Assembly (NCBI GenBank): GCA_013824115.1
Contig: PNNG01000027.1
Span: forward strand, 20,425-84,424
Length of the DNA: 64,000 nucleotides
Source: Sphingobacteriaceae bacterium
GTDB lineage: Bacteria; Bacteroidota; Bacteroidia; UBA7662
Reading direction: 5' to 3'
Below, piece by piece: positions 18,701 to 28,011 of the stretch. Below the pieces are notes generated by a model. The model saw nothing but the letters and a program-made list of their open reading frames with translations, made no database searches and had not been told where the DNA came from. Each line of letters opens with the position of its first letter. Positions within the stretch are counted from its first letter, which is position 1. The position numbers and the translations under genes are program-made.

Positions 18701-20329
18701 ATGAACCTCGAATTCAACCGCAACGAAGACGAATACAAGCAGCTGCTCTACAAATACAAGCGCAAACACGACCAGGTGAAGCTGGGTGGGGGCGAAAAAG
18801 CTATTGCCAAGCACAAAGAAAAAGGCAAGATGACCGCCCGCGAACGCATCGATGCTTTGCTTGACCCCGGTGCGCCATTTGTTGAAGTAGGTGCCTTGGC
18901 CGGCGATGGCATGTATGCCGAGCATGGTGGTTGTCCCTCAGGTGGCGTGGTGGTAATATTGGGCTACATACACAAGCGCCTCTGCGTGGTGGTAGCCAAC
19001 GATGCCACGGTAAAGGCAGGGGCCTGGTTCCCCATCACAGGCAAAAAGAACCTGCGTGCCCAGGAAATTGCCATGGAAAACCGACTGCCCATCATCTACC
19101 TGGTTGATTCTGCCGGCGTTTACCTGCCCATGCAGGATGAAATTTTCCCGGACAAGGAGCATTTTGGCCGCATTTTCCGCAATAATGCGCGCATGAGCAG
19201 CGATGGTATCGTGCAAATTGCAGCGGTCATGGGCAGTTGTGTGGCGGGCGGAGCTTACCTGCCCATCATGAGCGATGAAGCCTTGATTGTAGACAAAACG
19301 GGCAGCATCTTTTTGGCAGGTTCGTACCTGGTAAAAGCGGCCATTGGCGAAGACATCGACAACGAAACCCTGGGCGGCGCTACCACGCACTGCGAAATTT
19401 CGGGGGTTACCGATTACAAAATGCCCGACGACAAAACCTGCCTCGAAACCATCCGCAAGCTAGTGTCGAAGCTGGGCAAAACCGCCGATGCCGGTTTCGA
19501 CCGCATCAAACCTGCTATGCCCAAGAAGGACATGAACGAAGTCTACGGCATCTTCCCGGAGGGCAATGCCAAGCAGTACGATGTGGTAGAAATCATCGAG
19601 CGCTTGGTCGACGATTCGGAGTTCACCCAATATAAAGAAGGCTATGGCAAAAGCATCGTCTGCGGTTATGCACGGGTAGATGGCTGGGCCGTGGGCATTG
19701 TAGCCAACCAGCGCAAGGTGGTGAAAAGCAAAAAAGGGGAGATGCAGTTTGGCGGGGTGATTTACAGCGACTCGGCCGACAAAGCCACGCGTTTTATTGC
19801 CAACTGCAACCAGAAAAAAATTCCGCTCGTGTTTTTGCAAGATGTAACCGGCTTCATGGTCGGCTCACGATCAGAGCACGGCGGCATTATCAAGGACGGC
19901 GCCAAAATGGTGAATGCTGTTTCCAATTCGGTGGTGCCTAAATTCACCATTGTGATGGGCAACAGCTACGGTGCAGGCAATTACGCCATGTGCGGAAAGG
20001 CCTACGATCCGCGCCTCATTTACGCCTGGCCAACGGCCCGCATGGCGGTGATGGGCGGTGAGCAAGCAGCCAAGGTGCTGTTGCAAATCCAGGTAAGCTC
20101 GGCCAAAGCCAAAGGCGAAGTCATTACGCCCGAAAAGGAAGCCGAATTGCTCAAGGAAATCACCGACCGATACACCCACCAAACCTATCCCGAATACGCT
20201 GCGGCTCGTTTGTGGGTAGATGGCATCATCGATCCGCTAGAAACCCGCAAGGTGATCAGCATGGGCATTGAAGCGGCCAACCAGGCGCCTATTGAGCGGG
20301 CGTTCAATTTGGGTGTGTTGCAGGTTTGA
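18701..20329 (+). CDS. Acyl-CoA carboxylase carboxyltransferase subunit (propionyl-CoA carboxylase beta / methylmalonyl-CoA decarboxylase alpha family)
   Basis: 542 aa with tandem crotonase-like carboxyltransferase halves. N-terminus NLEFNRNEDEYKQLL...ARERIDALLDPG.F.E.G is typical of PccB/MmdA. Confidence 0.85.
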   Translation: MNLEFNRNEDEYKQLLYKYKRKHDQVKLGGGEKAIAKHKEKGKMTARERIDALLDPGAPFVEVGALAGDGMYAEHGGCPSGGVVVILGYIHKRLCVVVANDATVKAGAWFPITGKKNLRAQEIAMENRLPIIYLVDSAGVYLPMQDEIFPDKEHFGRIFRNNARMSSDGIVQIAAVMGSCVAGGAYLPIMSDEALIVDKTGSIFLAGSYLVKAAIGEDIDNETLGGATTHCEISGVTDYKMPDDKTCLETIRKLVSKLGKTADAGFDRIKPAMPKKDMNEVYGIFPEGNAKQYDVVEIIERLVDDSEFTQYKEGYGKSIVCGYARVDGWAVGIVANQRKVVKSKKGEMQFGGVIYSDSADKATRFIANCNQKKIPLVFLQDVTGFMVGSRSEHGGIIKDGAKMVNAVSNSVVPKFTIVMGNSYGAGNYAMCGKAYDPRLIYAWPTARMAVMGGEQAAKVLLQIQVSSAKAKGEVITPEKEAELLKEITDRYTHQTYPEYAAARLWVDGIIDPLETRKVISMGIEAANQAPIERAFNLGVLQV

Positions 20330-20370
20330 GCTTCTTTCAACCATAATCGGTAAGCCGGATTTGTTTATAT

Positions 20371-20583
20371 TTGATTATGAATTTGCAGGAACGAAAAATC
20401 GCACTCATTCATTGGCTCACGGAGGTGGAAGATGAAGAGTTGCTGGAGCAAGTAGAAAGCCTCCAGCAAAATTCATTGTCTTTACCTTCTAAAATTGAGC
20501 AATTATTGGAGATGTCAGCCAAAACACCGGCTGCCGATTGTATTGCTCACACCTCCATCAAGGACCTGCTTCGGAAAGCATGA
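20371..20583 (+). CDS. Putative antitoxin partnering the downstream ParE/RelE-like toxin
   Basis: 70-aa acidic protein. Its stop overlaps the toxin start by 4 nt (ATGA). Confidence 0.5.
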   Translation: MIMNLQERKIALIHWLTEVEDEELLEQVESLQQNSLSLPSKIEQLLEMSAKTPAADCIAHTSIKDLLRKA

Positions 20584-20885
20584 AAAGTTTGATTTGGACG
20601 CCAATTGCGTTAAAGTCACTTCAAGAAACCGTCGATATCCTAGAAAGTCAATGGTATTCGCTCGTGGTTGATGAATTCATTGATAGTATAGAGCAAAAGC
20701 TCATTTTGGTTCAATCAAACGCAGCGTTAGGCCCCAAAATAGGCGCGGGAGAAATCCGCCGGATCCTGTTGCATCCACATATCTCGCTTTTTTACCAAGA
20801 TGAAGCAAGTCACATCAAGATTTTGCTGGTTTGGGATAACAGGCAAAATCCGGATACACTGTTTGAAAAGCTGGTCTCTCAATAA
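20580..20885 (+). CDS. Type II toxin-antitoxin system toxin, RelE/ParE family
   Basis: About 100 aa: MKSLIWTPIALKSLQETVDIL...GEIRRILLHPHISLFYQ...IKILLVWDNRQNP matches the ParE/RelE fold pattern of Bacteroidota TA toxins. Confidence 0.65.
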   Translation: MKSLIWTPIALKSLQETVDILESQWYSLVVDEFIDSIEQKLILVQSNAALGPKIGAGEIRRILLHPHISLFYQDEASHIKILLVWDNRQNPDTLFEKLVSQ

Positions 20886-21064
20886 TTCGTTGATCTCGGT
20901 AGTGACAAGTAATAAAGCCCTTCTTACGGCCATGGAATTGAATATGTTCCGTTCGCTCCAATGAGCAATGTCATTAATTTGAGTTCGAATGGCATGTTGA
21001 CTTTACTTCACAGCGAGCATTTGGGTGGTGCGACCCCCTCGGGGTCGATTTAATCACGTGAACA

Positions 21065-21199
21065 TGATATTTCTATAAACATGGCACCCCCTCGGGGTGC
21101 TTTGATTTGGTAAATACCAAATTCACAGCCTGAGTCCAACATTAACCGATTGAGGGTAATTCCAATGACCCCAAGGGGGTCATACGTTTATAGAAATCA
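21065..21199. repeat. MITE-like 135-bp element bounded by ~19-bp imperfect terminal inverted repeats, containing nested GC-core hairpins
   Basis: Left TIR TGATATTTCTATAAACATG (21065-21083) against right CATACGTTTATAGAAATCA (21181-21199). Internal palindromes GCACCCCCTCGGGGTGC, ATTTGGTAAATACCAAAT and TGACCCCAAGGGGGTCA. Confidence 0.4.
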
Positions 21200-21326
21200 A
21201 TGCACCAACCATATAATTCGACCCTGAATGGGTCGCACCAGGCTCGGCAGCAGCTTGACCGCCATTCCTTATCTTATTGACATGCCCCAACGGGGCTTAG
21301 GTCCTCTAGGAGATGCGATGCATCTC

Positions 21327-21348
21327 TTTTAGCACGAACGTGCTAAAA
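21327..21348. terminator. Palindrome overlapping the corA stop codon; candidate terminator, preceded by a second hairpin at 21310-21327
   Basis: TTTTAGCACG-AA-CGTGCTAAAA is a perfect 10-bp stem. The adjacent hairpin is GGAGATGC-GAT-GCATCTC. Confidence 0.4.
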
Positions 21349-22275
21349 CCAACGAACCCTCTTGAACAGCAGGTAAACCCCGGAAATAATCACGACACTC
21401 GCCCCCAGCACCACATAAAACGCATTGCCCGATTCTTGTCCGGGCAGCGGAATGTTCATGCCGTACAAGCTGGCGAATAGGGTAGGAATGGCCAAACAAA
21501 TGGTTACAAACGTAAGGGTTTTCATCACGTTGTTCATGTTGTTGTTGATCACCGAAGAGTAGGCTTCCATCATTTGTCCCAATACCCGAATGCTGATATT
21601 GGTCATTTGAATGGCCTGTTGGTTTTCAATCATCACATCTTCCAATAAATCGTCGTCTTCTTCCCAGGCCGCAAAAATGCGCAGACGACGCAAACGCTCC
21701 ATCATGGCGCCGTTGGCTTGCAAGGCGGTGGTGTAGTAAATGAGGGCCTTTTCGTATTTGAGCAACTCCATGATTTCGCGGTTACGCAAGGAGTTCTCCA
21801 ACTCATCTTCCAACCGCTCTACAATTTTGTTTATGTTGCGTAGGTGTAAGAGGTATTTGCTGGCGGTTTTGAGCATCAGTTGCAGCAAAAACTTGTTCTT
21901 TTTGCCCGTACTGAAGCCTTTTACCCGCTCTTTGATGAACTCCTGAATAATCACATTTTCCTCTTTGCAGATGGTGATGGTCATGCTGTCGGTAAGGAAA
22001 ATCATGAGGGGAATGGTGGTGAAAGGCGTATCGTGCTCTACCCCGCGGAAGTGCGGCAGACGGATGACCACCAAGAGGTAATCGTCTTCCTTTTCTACAC
22101 GCGACAGTTCGTCGATGTCGAGCGAGTCGGTGAGGTATTCGAGTACGAGTGGACAGTTTTTTTCAATCCATTCGCGCTCTTCAAAAGTAGGGTCCACAAT
22201 GTTTACCCATGTGCTGTCGCCCAAGGCTTCTACCTCGTACAATTGTGCTTTGCTGGTTTGAAAAAGCTGAATCAT
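21343..22275 (-). CDS. corA: Magnesium/cobalt transporter CorA
   Basis: C-terminal two-TM region carrying the YGMNIPLPG (GMN) signature. 310 aa. Confidence 0.9.
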   Translation of the reverse strand: MIQLFQTSKAQLYEVEALGDSTWVNIVDPTFEEREWIEKNCPLVLEYLTDSLDIDELSRVEKEDDYLLVVIRLPHFRGVEHDTPFTTIPLMIFLTDSMTITICKEENVIIQEFIKERVKGFSTGKKNKFLLQLMLKTASKYLLHLRNINKIVERLEDELENSLRNREIMELLKYEKALIYYTTALQANGAMMERLRRLRIFAAWEEDDDLLEDVMIENQQAIQMTNISIRVLGQMMEAYSSVINNNMNNVMKTLTFVTICLAIPTLFASLYGMNIPLPGQESGNAFYVVLGASVVIISGVYLLFKRVRWF

Positions 22276-22410
22276 GACTGAAAAATGTGTGGTTACCCGG
22301 CCCGTGCTGCCGTCGCAAAAATAGCTTTTTATCGGTCAAAACAAAGCGCTTTGGGCATTTTGTTTTCTCAATTGGCAGCTTACCGACAAACAAAGCGAAC
22401 GGCTTTTTTG

Positions 22411-22418
22411 TAGTTTTG
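22411..22418 (+). promoter_or_regulatory. Putative -7 promoter element (TAGTTTTG, matching TAnnTTTG) upstream of hutU
   Basis: Lies 22 bp upstream of the ATG at 22440. Confidence 0.3.
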
Positions 22419-22439
22419 TGACATTCAAAATCTGTCTTT

Positions 22440-24122
22440 ATGTCAACGCTTTCTACCGCAAAACTGAACATGGCCGAACATCCAACGCCCACCGGAACGC
22501 AACTCAATTGCAAAGGCTGGGTGCAGGAAGCGGCTTTGCGCATGTTGCACAACAACCTCGATCCTGAAGTGGCCGAGCGCCCCGAGGACCTGATTGTGTA
22601 CGGCGGTCGCGGTAAAGCCGCCCGCAACGTAGAAGCATTTGAGTTGATTGTGAAGGCTTTGAAAGATTTGAACGAAGACGAAACCCTGCTCGTGCAAAGC
22701 GGCAAACCGGTGGGCATTTTGCCTACCCACAAAGACGCTCCCCGGGTGGTGATTTCGAACTCTATGTTGGTGCCGAATTGGGCCAATTGGGAGCATTTTG
22801 ATGAGCTCGACAAAAAAGGACTGATGATGTACGGCCAAATGACGGCCGGTAGCTGGATTTACATCGGTTCGCAAGGCATTGTACAGGGTACCTACGAAAC
22901 CTTCAATGCAGTAGCCGACAAACACTTCGGCGGTTCGCTCAAAGGCAAACTTTGCGTGACGGCCGGTTTAGGAGGCATGGGTGGCGCTCAGCCCTTGGCC
23001 ATCACCATGGCCGACGGTGTGTGCTTGGCCGCAGAAGTAGAGGAGTGGCGCGCCCAAAAGCGTGTAGAAACCCGCTACCTCGATTTGATTGAACACGACA
23101 TCGACAAAGCCATTGACCTGGCACTTGATTTTTGCAAAAAAGGCGAGAATAAGAGCATCGGCGTGATTTGCACCGCCGTTGATTTGCTCGATCGCCTCAA
23201 CCAGCGCGGTATTGTACCCGATGTACTCACCGACCAAACCTCAGCCCACGATCCATTGGTGGGTTACATTCCACAAGGCATGACCAACGAGCAGGCCAAC
23301 GTATTGCGTGAAGCCGACCAGGAGGCCTACCTCAAAGCTGCCTATGCTGCCATGCGCCGCCATACCGAATTGATGGTGGAGCTGCAGGCCAAAGGCGCCA
23401 TCACCTTCGATTACGGCAACAACCTCCGCGGCCGCGCCCTCGAAGCCGGTTATACCCACGCTTTCGATTTCCCCGGTTTTGTACCCGCTTATATCCGCCC
23501 ACTTTTCTGCGAAGGCAAAGGTCCGTTCCGCTGGGCAGCCCTTTCAGGCGATCCTGAAGATATTCGGGTAACCGACGAGCTCATGCTCGAGCTTTTCCCC
23601 AACGACAAAGGCCTGCACCGCTGGATCAAAATGGCACAAGAACGCATTGCTTTCCAGGGTTTGCCGGCACGTATTTGCTGGATTGGTCAAGGCGACCGTG
23701 AAAAAGCTGGTTTGGCCTTCAACGAATTGGTACGCACAGGTAAGGTTAAAGCGCCCATTGTAATTGGCCGCGACCACCTCGATACCGGCTCGGTGGCTTC
23801 ACCCAACCGCGAAACCGAAGCCATGCTCGACGGTTCTGACGCCGTTGCCGACTGGCCAGTGCTCAACGCCCTCATCAATACTGCCGGCGGCGCCAGCTGG
23901 GTAAGCTTGCACCACGGCGGTGGGGTTGGCATGGGTTACTCCATCCACTCAGGCATGGTGATCGTAGCCGACGGCACCGACGATGCAGCCCGCCGCCTCA
24001 AGCGTGTGCTCCACAACGACCCCGCCATGGGTGTTATCCGCCACATGGATGCCGGCTATGACATTGCTAAGGATACGGCGCGGAAGCACCGGTTGGATAT
24101 CAGGGAGAGGTTGAAGAGTTGA
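22440..24122 (+). CDS. hutU: Urocanate hydratase
   Basis: 560 aa. The N-terminus and its internal NAD-binding Rossmann region are conserved throughout, as in urocanases. Confidence 0.95.
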   Translation: MSTLSTAKLNMAEHPTPTGTQLNCKGWVQEAALRMLHNNLDPEVAERPEDLIVYGGRGKAARNVEAFELIVKALKDLNEDETLLVQSGKPVGILPTHKDAPRVVISNSMLVPNWANWEHFDELDKKGLMMYGQMTAGSWIYIGSQGIVQGTYETFNAVADKHFGGSLKGKLCVTAGLGGMGGAQPLAITMADGVCLAAEVEEWRAQKRVETRYLDLIEHDIDKAIDLALDFCKKGENKSIGVICTAVDLLDRLNQRGIVPDVLTDQTSAHDPLVGYIPQGMTNEQANVLREADQEAYLKAAYAAMRRHTELMVELQAKGAITFDYGNNLRGRALEAGYTHAFDFPGFVPAYIRPLFCEGKGPFRWAALSGDPEDIRVTDELMLELFPNDKGLHRWIKMAQERIAFQGLPARICWIGQGDREKAGLAFNELVRTGKVKAPIVIGRDHLDTGSVASPNRETEAMLDGSDAVADWPVLNALINTAGGASWVSLHHGGGVGMGYSIHSGMVIVADGTDDAARRLKRVLHNDPAMGVIRHMDAGYDIAKDTARKHRLDIRERLKS

Positions 24123-24129
24123 TTTGAAA

Positions 24130-27100
24130 CTATTCGAACGAATTAGAAGCTGAGAATAAGACCCTTTCTTGTGAGTCTATTCGTTGTATTTCTGACTTTC
24201 TGCTAGAGTATAAGTTTTTCAATTTTGGGAATAACTTGAGATCGTGCTGGTCCAAAATTCTCTTTAGATCTTCAAAAATGGGTTCTCGTTTAACAAGAAT
24301 TTCGAGCTTTGTTTCTTGCCCAAAAGTAGGGACCCTTGTTAATTCATTTACCATGGATTCTAGCATTAATTCTTTATTCAAAGTGCTTTCAATAAGCATT
24401 TTGCCTCTTGCTGTCAAGTGAATAGAATCTGTTTCTATTCTAAACCATTGGATTTCCTCCACAATTTTTGGGAGTCTAATTTCAGTTTTCAGTTGTATCC
24501 AATTAAGTAGCATAATTGGCTTAATTTGATCGCTATTTATGAATTGGGATTTTATTCCAGGTCTAGACCATATCAATTGATTCCAATCCGTATCGAAGTA
24601 CTTAGTTAGTGCAATTTTTGGCCATTTTTTCTCAATAGCCTTTATTGAAAAACTAGTTGCGGAATAAACGCCAATGGCAGTATTTAGTGCTTCACAAAGT
24701 AAATCCAATGCTTTGATTGCCCAATTTTGAAGCATTGTTGAGTCAAGAATTTCAATAAACTGAGATAAATCGTAGTCCTTAATTTCAGTTTGTTCAGTTT
24801 TGGATTCGAACGGAATCCCAAAAAACAATTCAGCGACTGGAATATGAAATTTAGAGGGAAAATAAAAGTCTTGCTGTCTACAATTATATATAGCAAATTC
24901 AAATGTGATGTGTTTGAGCTGTTCGGAGTCGATGATTAAAGTCCAAACCTGATCTTTAAATGGATTTGAAAAATCACTAGAATTGGCAAGAACTCTTTTA
25001 ACGAAATACATAAAGTCCTCCTTTGTGTGTATAAGCTTCTCGATACCATATAGAATTCTATCCCTGTCCTTGAGGAAAAGTACGCGATCAAGCCATATAC
25101 TATGGAAATTTTTCTTCACACTTTCAAAGTCAATTAAATTCTCTGAAAATTCAGTTTCCTTTTCAGGACAAGTTTCGTGTATCCCTCGTATGCAACCATG
25201 AAAAAAGTCGCTGAGCGATAACTCGCTCGTTTTTTCTATTAAAGAAGTCAACTCGCCAATGGCTGAAGCGGACTCTGAAGTTGAAAAAAAGCCTTTTCCT
25301 ATGTAATGGTAGAAATAAGGTGCTTGCTTGCCTGGTTCTGAGAGTTTTGAAGCGAGTTGCGAAATGGTAAATCCTGCTTGGAACCACCTTATACCCAAAT
25401 TCAGTTGATATTGTCCGTTTTCTATGCGTTCAACTGTTTCTTCATCGGTATTGATTTGGAATGCAAAATTGTATGCCTCTTGGAATTTTTGAATGACATA
25501 GACATCGATTTCATCATCTAAAGTTTTAGGCCCATATTCGATTTTAAGGGCAAGCAGTTCTGCTAACTTCGGGTGATTATTCTGTTTTGCCCCATAGAGA
25601 TCTTTAATGGTTCTCAGTACTCCTGCCCATCCCCAAAACCAAAAGCCACTTTTGGCTATTTCACCACCAATCAAAACGAATTTAGAAAAGTAGTTCTCTT
25701 GGTTAAAATTATATTCCAATGCATTAGCCAATGATTTACCTATCTCTTGTTTTGATTCAGGGAAGTTGTTTTGTAATGACTCTATAAACATTAAACAGTG
25801 ATTTATCCAATCATCATACTCTGTTTGATATCGGGGAATAAAGCCATAATCCCTTATTTCATTGCCAAATGGAGCGAGATGATTGCCAGTCACATAACCA
25901 AAATATAAGAGGTTATCGAACAATTTGAAAATCAAATCCTTATTTGACTCATAATCATTTGATAAATCATTAAGGAATTTCAAACGAGTGGATACATGAG
26001 CCTGTGTATTGGAAAGTCTGCTTCGAAACAAGCTTTTTAAGTCCCCTCTTCCTTGTAGCTTTTTTAGATCAAATTTTTCGTGAATTTCGATTTTAAGAAT
26101 GCAATGAGCGCATTCGATGAAGTATTTATCTTCATAGGCAATCTGTACCAATGACTGGTGAAATTGACTCAACAATTTTGTAGTAACTCGTTTTTCACAA
26201 AGCAGTTCCTTGATTTTCATCAAGCTAATGTCCTTATCAAGAGGTATTATGTAGTTTAGTTGTTTTCCAAGCTCATAATCCCAATTTGGAAGAAGTAATT
26301 GCTCGCGATTTTGTTCCCACCAATGGTTGGATAATTCTTGAAAATTCATCTCGGATGACATTTCAAAGCACCTTTTTAGGAGAGAAGTGATTAGTCTATC
26401 TGCATCTAGTTCCTTAAGTTTCTTGTAAATATTTAGCGGACTAATAATCCTGAATGCCTCGAAGCAATAGTGATTTGCCAACGGGACAGGAAGTAATGCA
26501 TGCCAGGTGCCTCTTTGCTGAACAACGTCATGGTCTTTCAATGATTCCAATAATCTTCTGGCATGAAGAGGATTCTCTAAAAACAAATTGCACAATACAT
26601 CAAATTCAGAAGGGTTTTCATCTTGTACATCGAATGAAAATACTACAGAAATGAGTTGCAAGACTTGCTCGCTTTGTTGAAGCTTTGGGTTATTTGAAAG
26701 TAGTTTCAATACAAACTTACGATCGCTGAGCTTACTCCAGCTCTTTGTTTGCTTTCTGATGCCATTCAACAGAAAGTTCGACAATCTAAAGTTTCCATCG
26801 GCTAAAGTTATTATTCTTGAAGATATGCTGCTATGCATGCCAAGTCTACCTTCAATAAATTTATTTATTGCGCCATCTGAAGCTCTTTTTAGCCAAACAA
26901 TGTTTGATACCGAATCTTGTTTTTCAGAGACATCTAAATTTATTGTTACTAACCTTAGTGGTTTTAATTCAGAACTAGTGATTTTAGCCTCTAGTTCCTT
27001 GTGGAGTTCATGACTACAGTTGTCTATTACAACTACACTATTCTTGTTAATAGCAAGTAATTCATCTACAAGATGCTTAGGATGAGGATTCGCAATGCCT

Positions 27101-27921
27101 TCGTCATCGGTATAGAATATATCATTGATTATAATTGATTCATTACCGCTATAATTTTTGAATATTTCTTCAACGAATCTGCTTTTGCCAACCCCTGATT
27201 GCCCTATTACGCGAATTGCTGAAACGACATTTAATTGATTACGAAAGGCTAAAATGGCTTCTTTAGTATTATACTCAAGATTATTATTAAATCCTATAAA
27301 TGCAACCCTTGAATTTTCCAAATCCTCGATAAAATCAATATTCTCGTTGTTCAAGGACCATTGGCCTCTAGGCTTCCATCCATTCGTAGAAATTCCAAGT
27401 TTAGATTTAACCCAGAGCTGAACTTCAGTGTGATAATTCAACCATTTTTGGATATCGTGCAAATCGAAATAATCGCATTGCTCTGAGGGCGCGTTATAAA
27501 ATTCTAGCATGCAATTTTTCAGCGCAATGGATTTGGATTCTTTGGAGCTCCGAGATTTACAAACCAAAACATATTTGCCAGAATTCTGCTGTATTAAAGA
27601 TTCAATTTTTGGATATGTTTTACCTTTTAATAGTACTGCAGATCTAATTTTTCCTTGACTTAAATTAAAAGCCTTTACTTGAAATCCAATTATCTTATCA
27701 CGGAGAAATTGGTTCAAGGGTTCTGTAGAAGAATCTAGATTAAACATTATATCGATTCCACCATCCTTAGCCTTTGTCGATTCCCCGTATTCAGTAGATC
27801 TTGTAGAATGACCATTTTTCCTTGCTTCGGCATCGCAAAGTCGTCCTACCAAATCTTCAAAATCGTCTTCAGATAAAAGTTTTAATTGCTCAATTGAAAC
27901 ATCAAATGACGGTATGCTCAT
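24130..27921 (-). CDS. Large (1263-aa) three-part protein: N-terminal Mrr-like PD-(D/E)xK nuclease, P-loop NTPase, long helical C-terminal region; candidate antiviral STAND/Avs-like defence protein
   Basis: N-terminal FEDLVGRLC...KDGGIDIM...IGFQVKAF resembles the Mrr catalytic core (DGGID...QxK). Walker A VIGQSGVGKS is at 27181-27204. Walker B-like SVVVIDN follows. About 900 aa of low-complexity helical sequence comes after. The gene sits in a ~35% GC island. Confidence 0.55.
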   Translation of the reverse strand: MSIPSFDVSIEQLKLLSEDDFEDLVGRLCDAEARKNGHSTRSTEYGESTKAKDGGIDIMFNLDSSTEPLNQFLRDKIIGFQVKAFNLSQGKIRSAVLLKGKTYPKIESLIQQNSGKYVLVCKSRSSKESKSIALKNCMLEFYNAPSEQCDYFDLHDIQKWLNYHTEVQLWVKSKLGISTNGWKPRGQWSLNNENIDFIEDLENSRVAFIGFNNNLEYNTKEAILAFRNQLNVVSAIRVIGQSGVGKSRFVEEIFKNYSGNESIIINDIFYTDDEGIANPHPKHLVDELLAINKNSVVVIDNCSHELHKELEAKITSSELKPLRLVTINLDVSEKQDSVSNIVWLKRASDGAINKFIEGRLGMHSSISSRIITLADGNFRLSNFLLNGIRKQTKSWSKLSDRKFVLKLLSNNPKLQQSEQVLQLISVVFSFDVQDENPSEFDVLCNLFLENPLHARRLLESLKDHDVVQQRGTWHALLPVPLANHYCFEAFRIISPLNIYKKLKELDADRLITSLLKRCFEMSSEMNFQELSNHWWEQNREQLLLPNWDYELGKQLNYIIPLDKDISLMKIKELLCEKRVTTKLLSQFHQSLVQIAYEDKYFIECAHCILKIEIHEKFDLKKLQGRGDLKSLFRSRLSNTQAHVSTRLKFLNDLSNDYESNKDLIFKLFDNLLYFGYVTGNHLAPFGNEIRDYGFIPRYQTEYDDWINHCLMFIESLQNNFPESKQEIGKSLANALEYNFNQENYFSKFVLIGGEIAKSGFWFWGWAGVLRTIKDLYGAKQNNHPKLAELLALKIEYGPKTLDDEIDVYVIQKFQEAYNFAFQINTDEETVERIENGQYQLNLGIRWFQAGFTISQLASKLSEPGKQAPYFYHYIGKGFFSTSESASAIGELTSLIEKTSELSLSDFFHGCIRGIHETCPEKETEFSENLIDFESVKKNFHSIWLDRVLFLKDRDRILYGIEKLIHTKEDFMYFVKRVLANSSDFSNPFKDQVWTLIIDSEQLKHITFEFAIYNCRQQDFYFPSKFHIPVAELFFGIPFESKTEQTEIKDYDLSQFIEILDSTMLQNWAIKALDLLCEALNTAIGVYSATSFSIKAIEKKWPKIALTKYFDTDWNQLIWSRPGIKSQFINSDQIKPIMLLNWIQLKTEIRLPKIVEEIQWFRIETDSIHLTARGKMLIESTLNKELMLESMVNELTRVPTFGQETKLEILVKREPIFEDLKRILDQHDLKLFPKLKNLYSSRKSEIQRIDSQERVLFSASNSFE

Positions 27922-28011
27922 TGTGGATCTAGAATTGGATATTCAAGAATAACATCTAAAAATAACCAATAATTAGGAAAAGAAAAAAAATAACTTCAGA
28001 TGCATATGGCT

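Noticed and set aside
18653-19390. Minus-strand ORFs of 90 and 150 aa overlapping the carboxyltransferase gene
   Set aside because: Antisense to a conserved PccB/MmdA-type ORF
20990-21348. Possibility that the hairpin cluster is a CRISPR array
   Set aside because: The palindromes differ from each other in sequence and length, and spacing is irregular (36-80 bp). No repeat-spacer periodicity and no cas genes nearby
24236-27013. Several 60-84-aa + strand ORFs within the AT-rich island
   Set aside because: Antisense to the continuous 1263-aa ORF. Spurious ORFs in AT-rich DNA arise from the many hydrophobic/Lys/Asn codons; no start-context support
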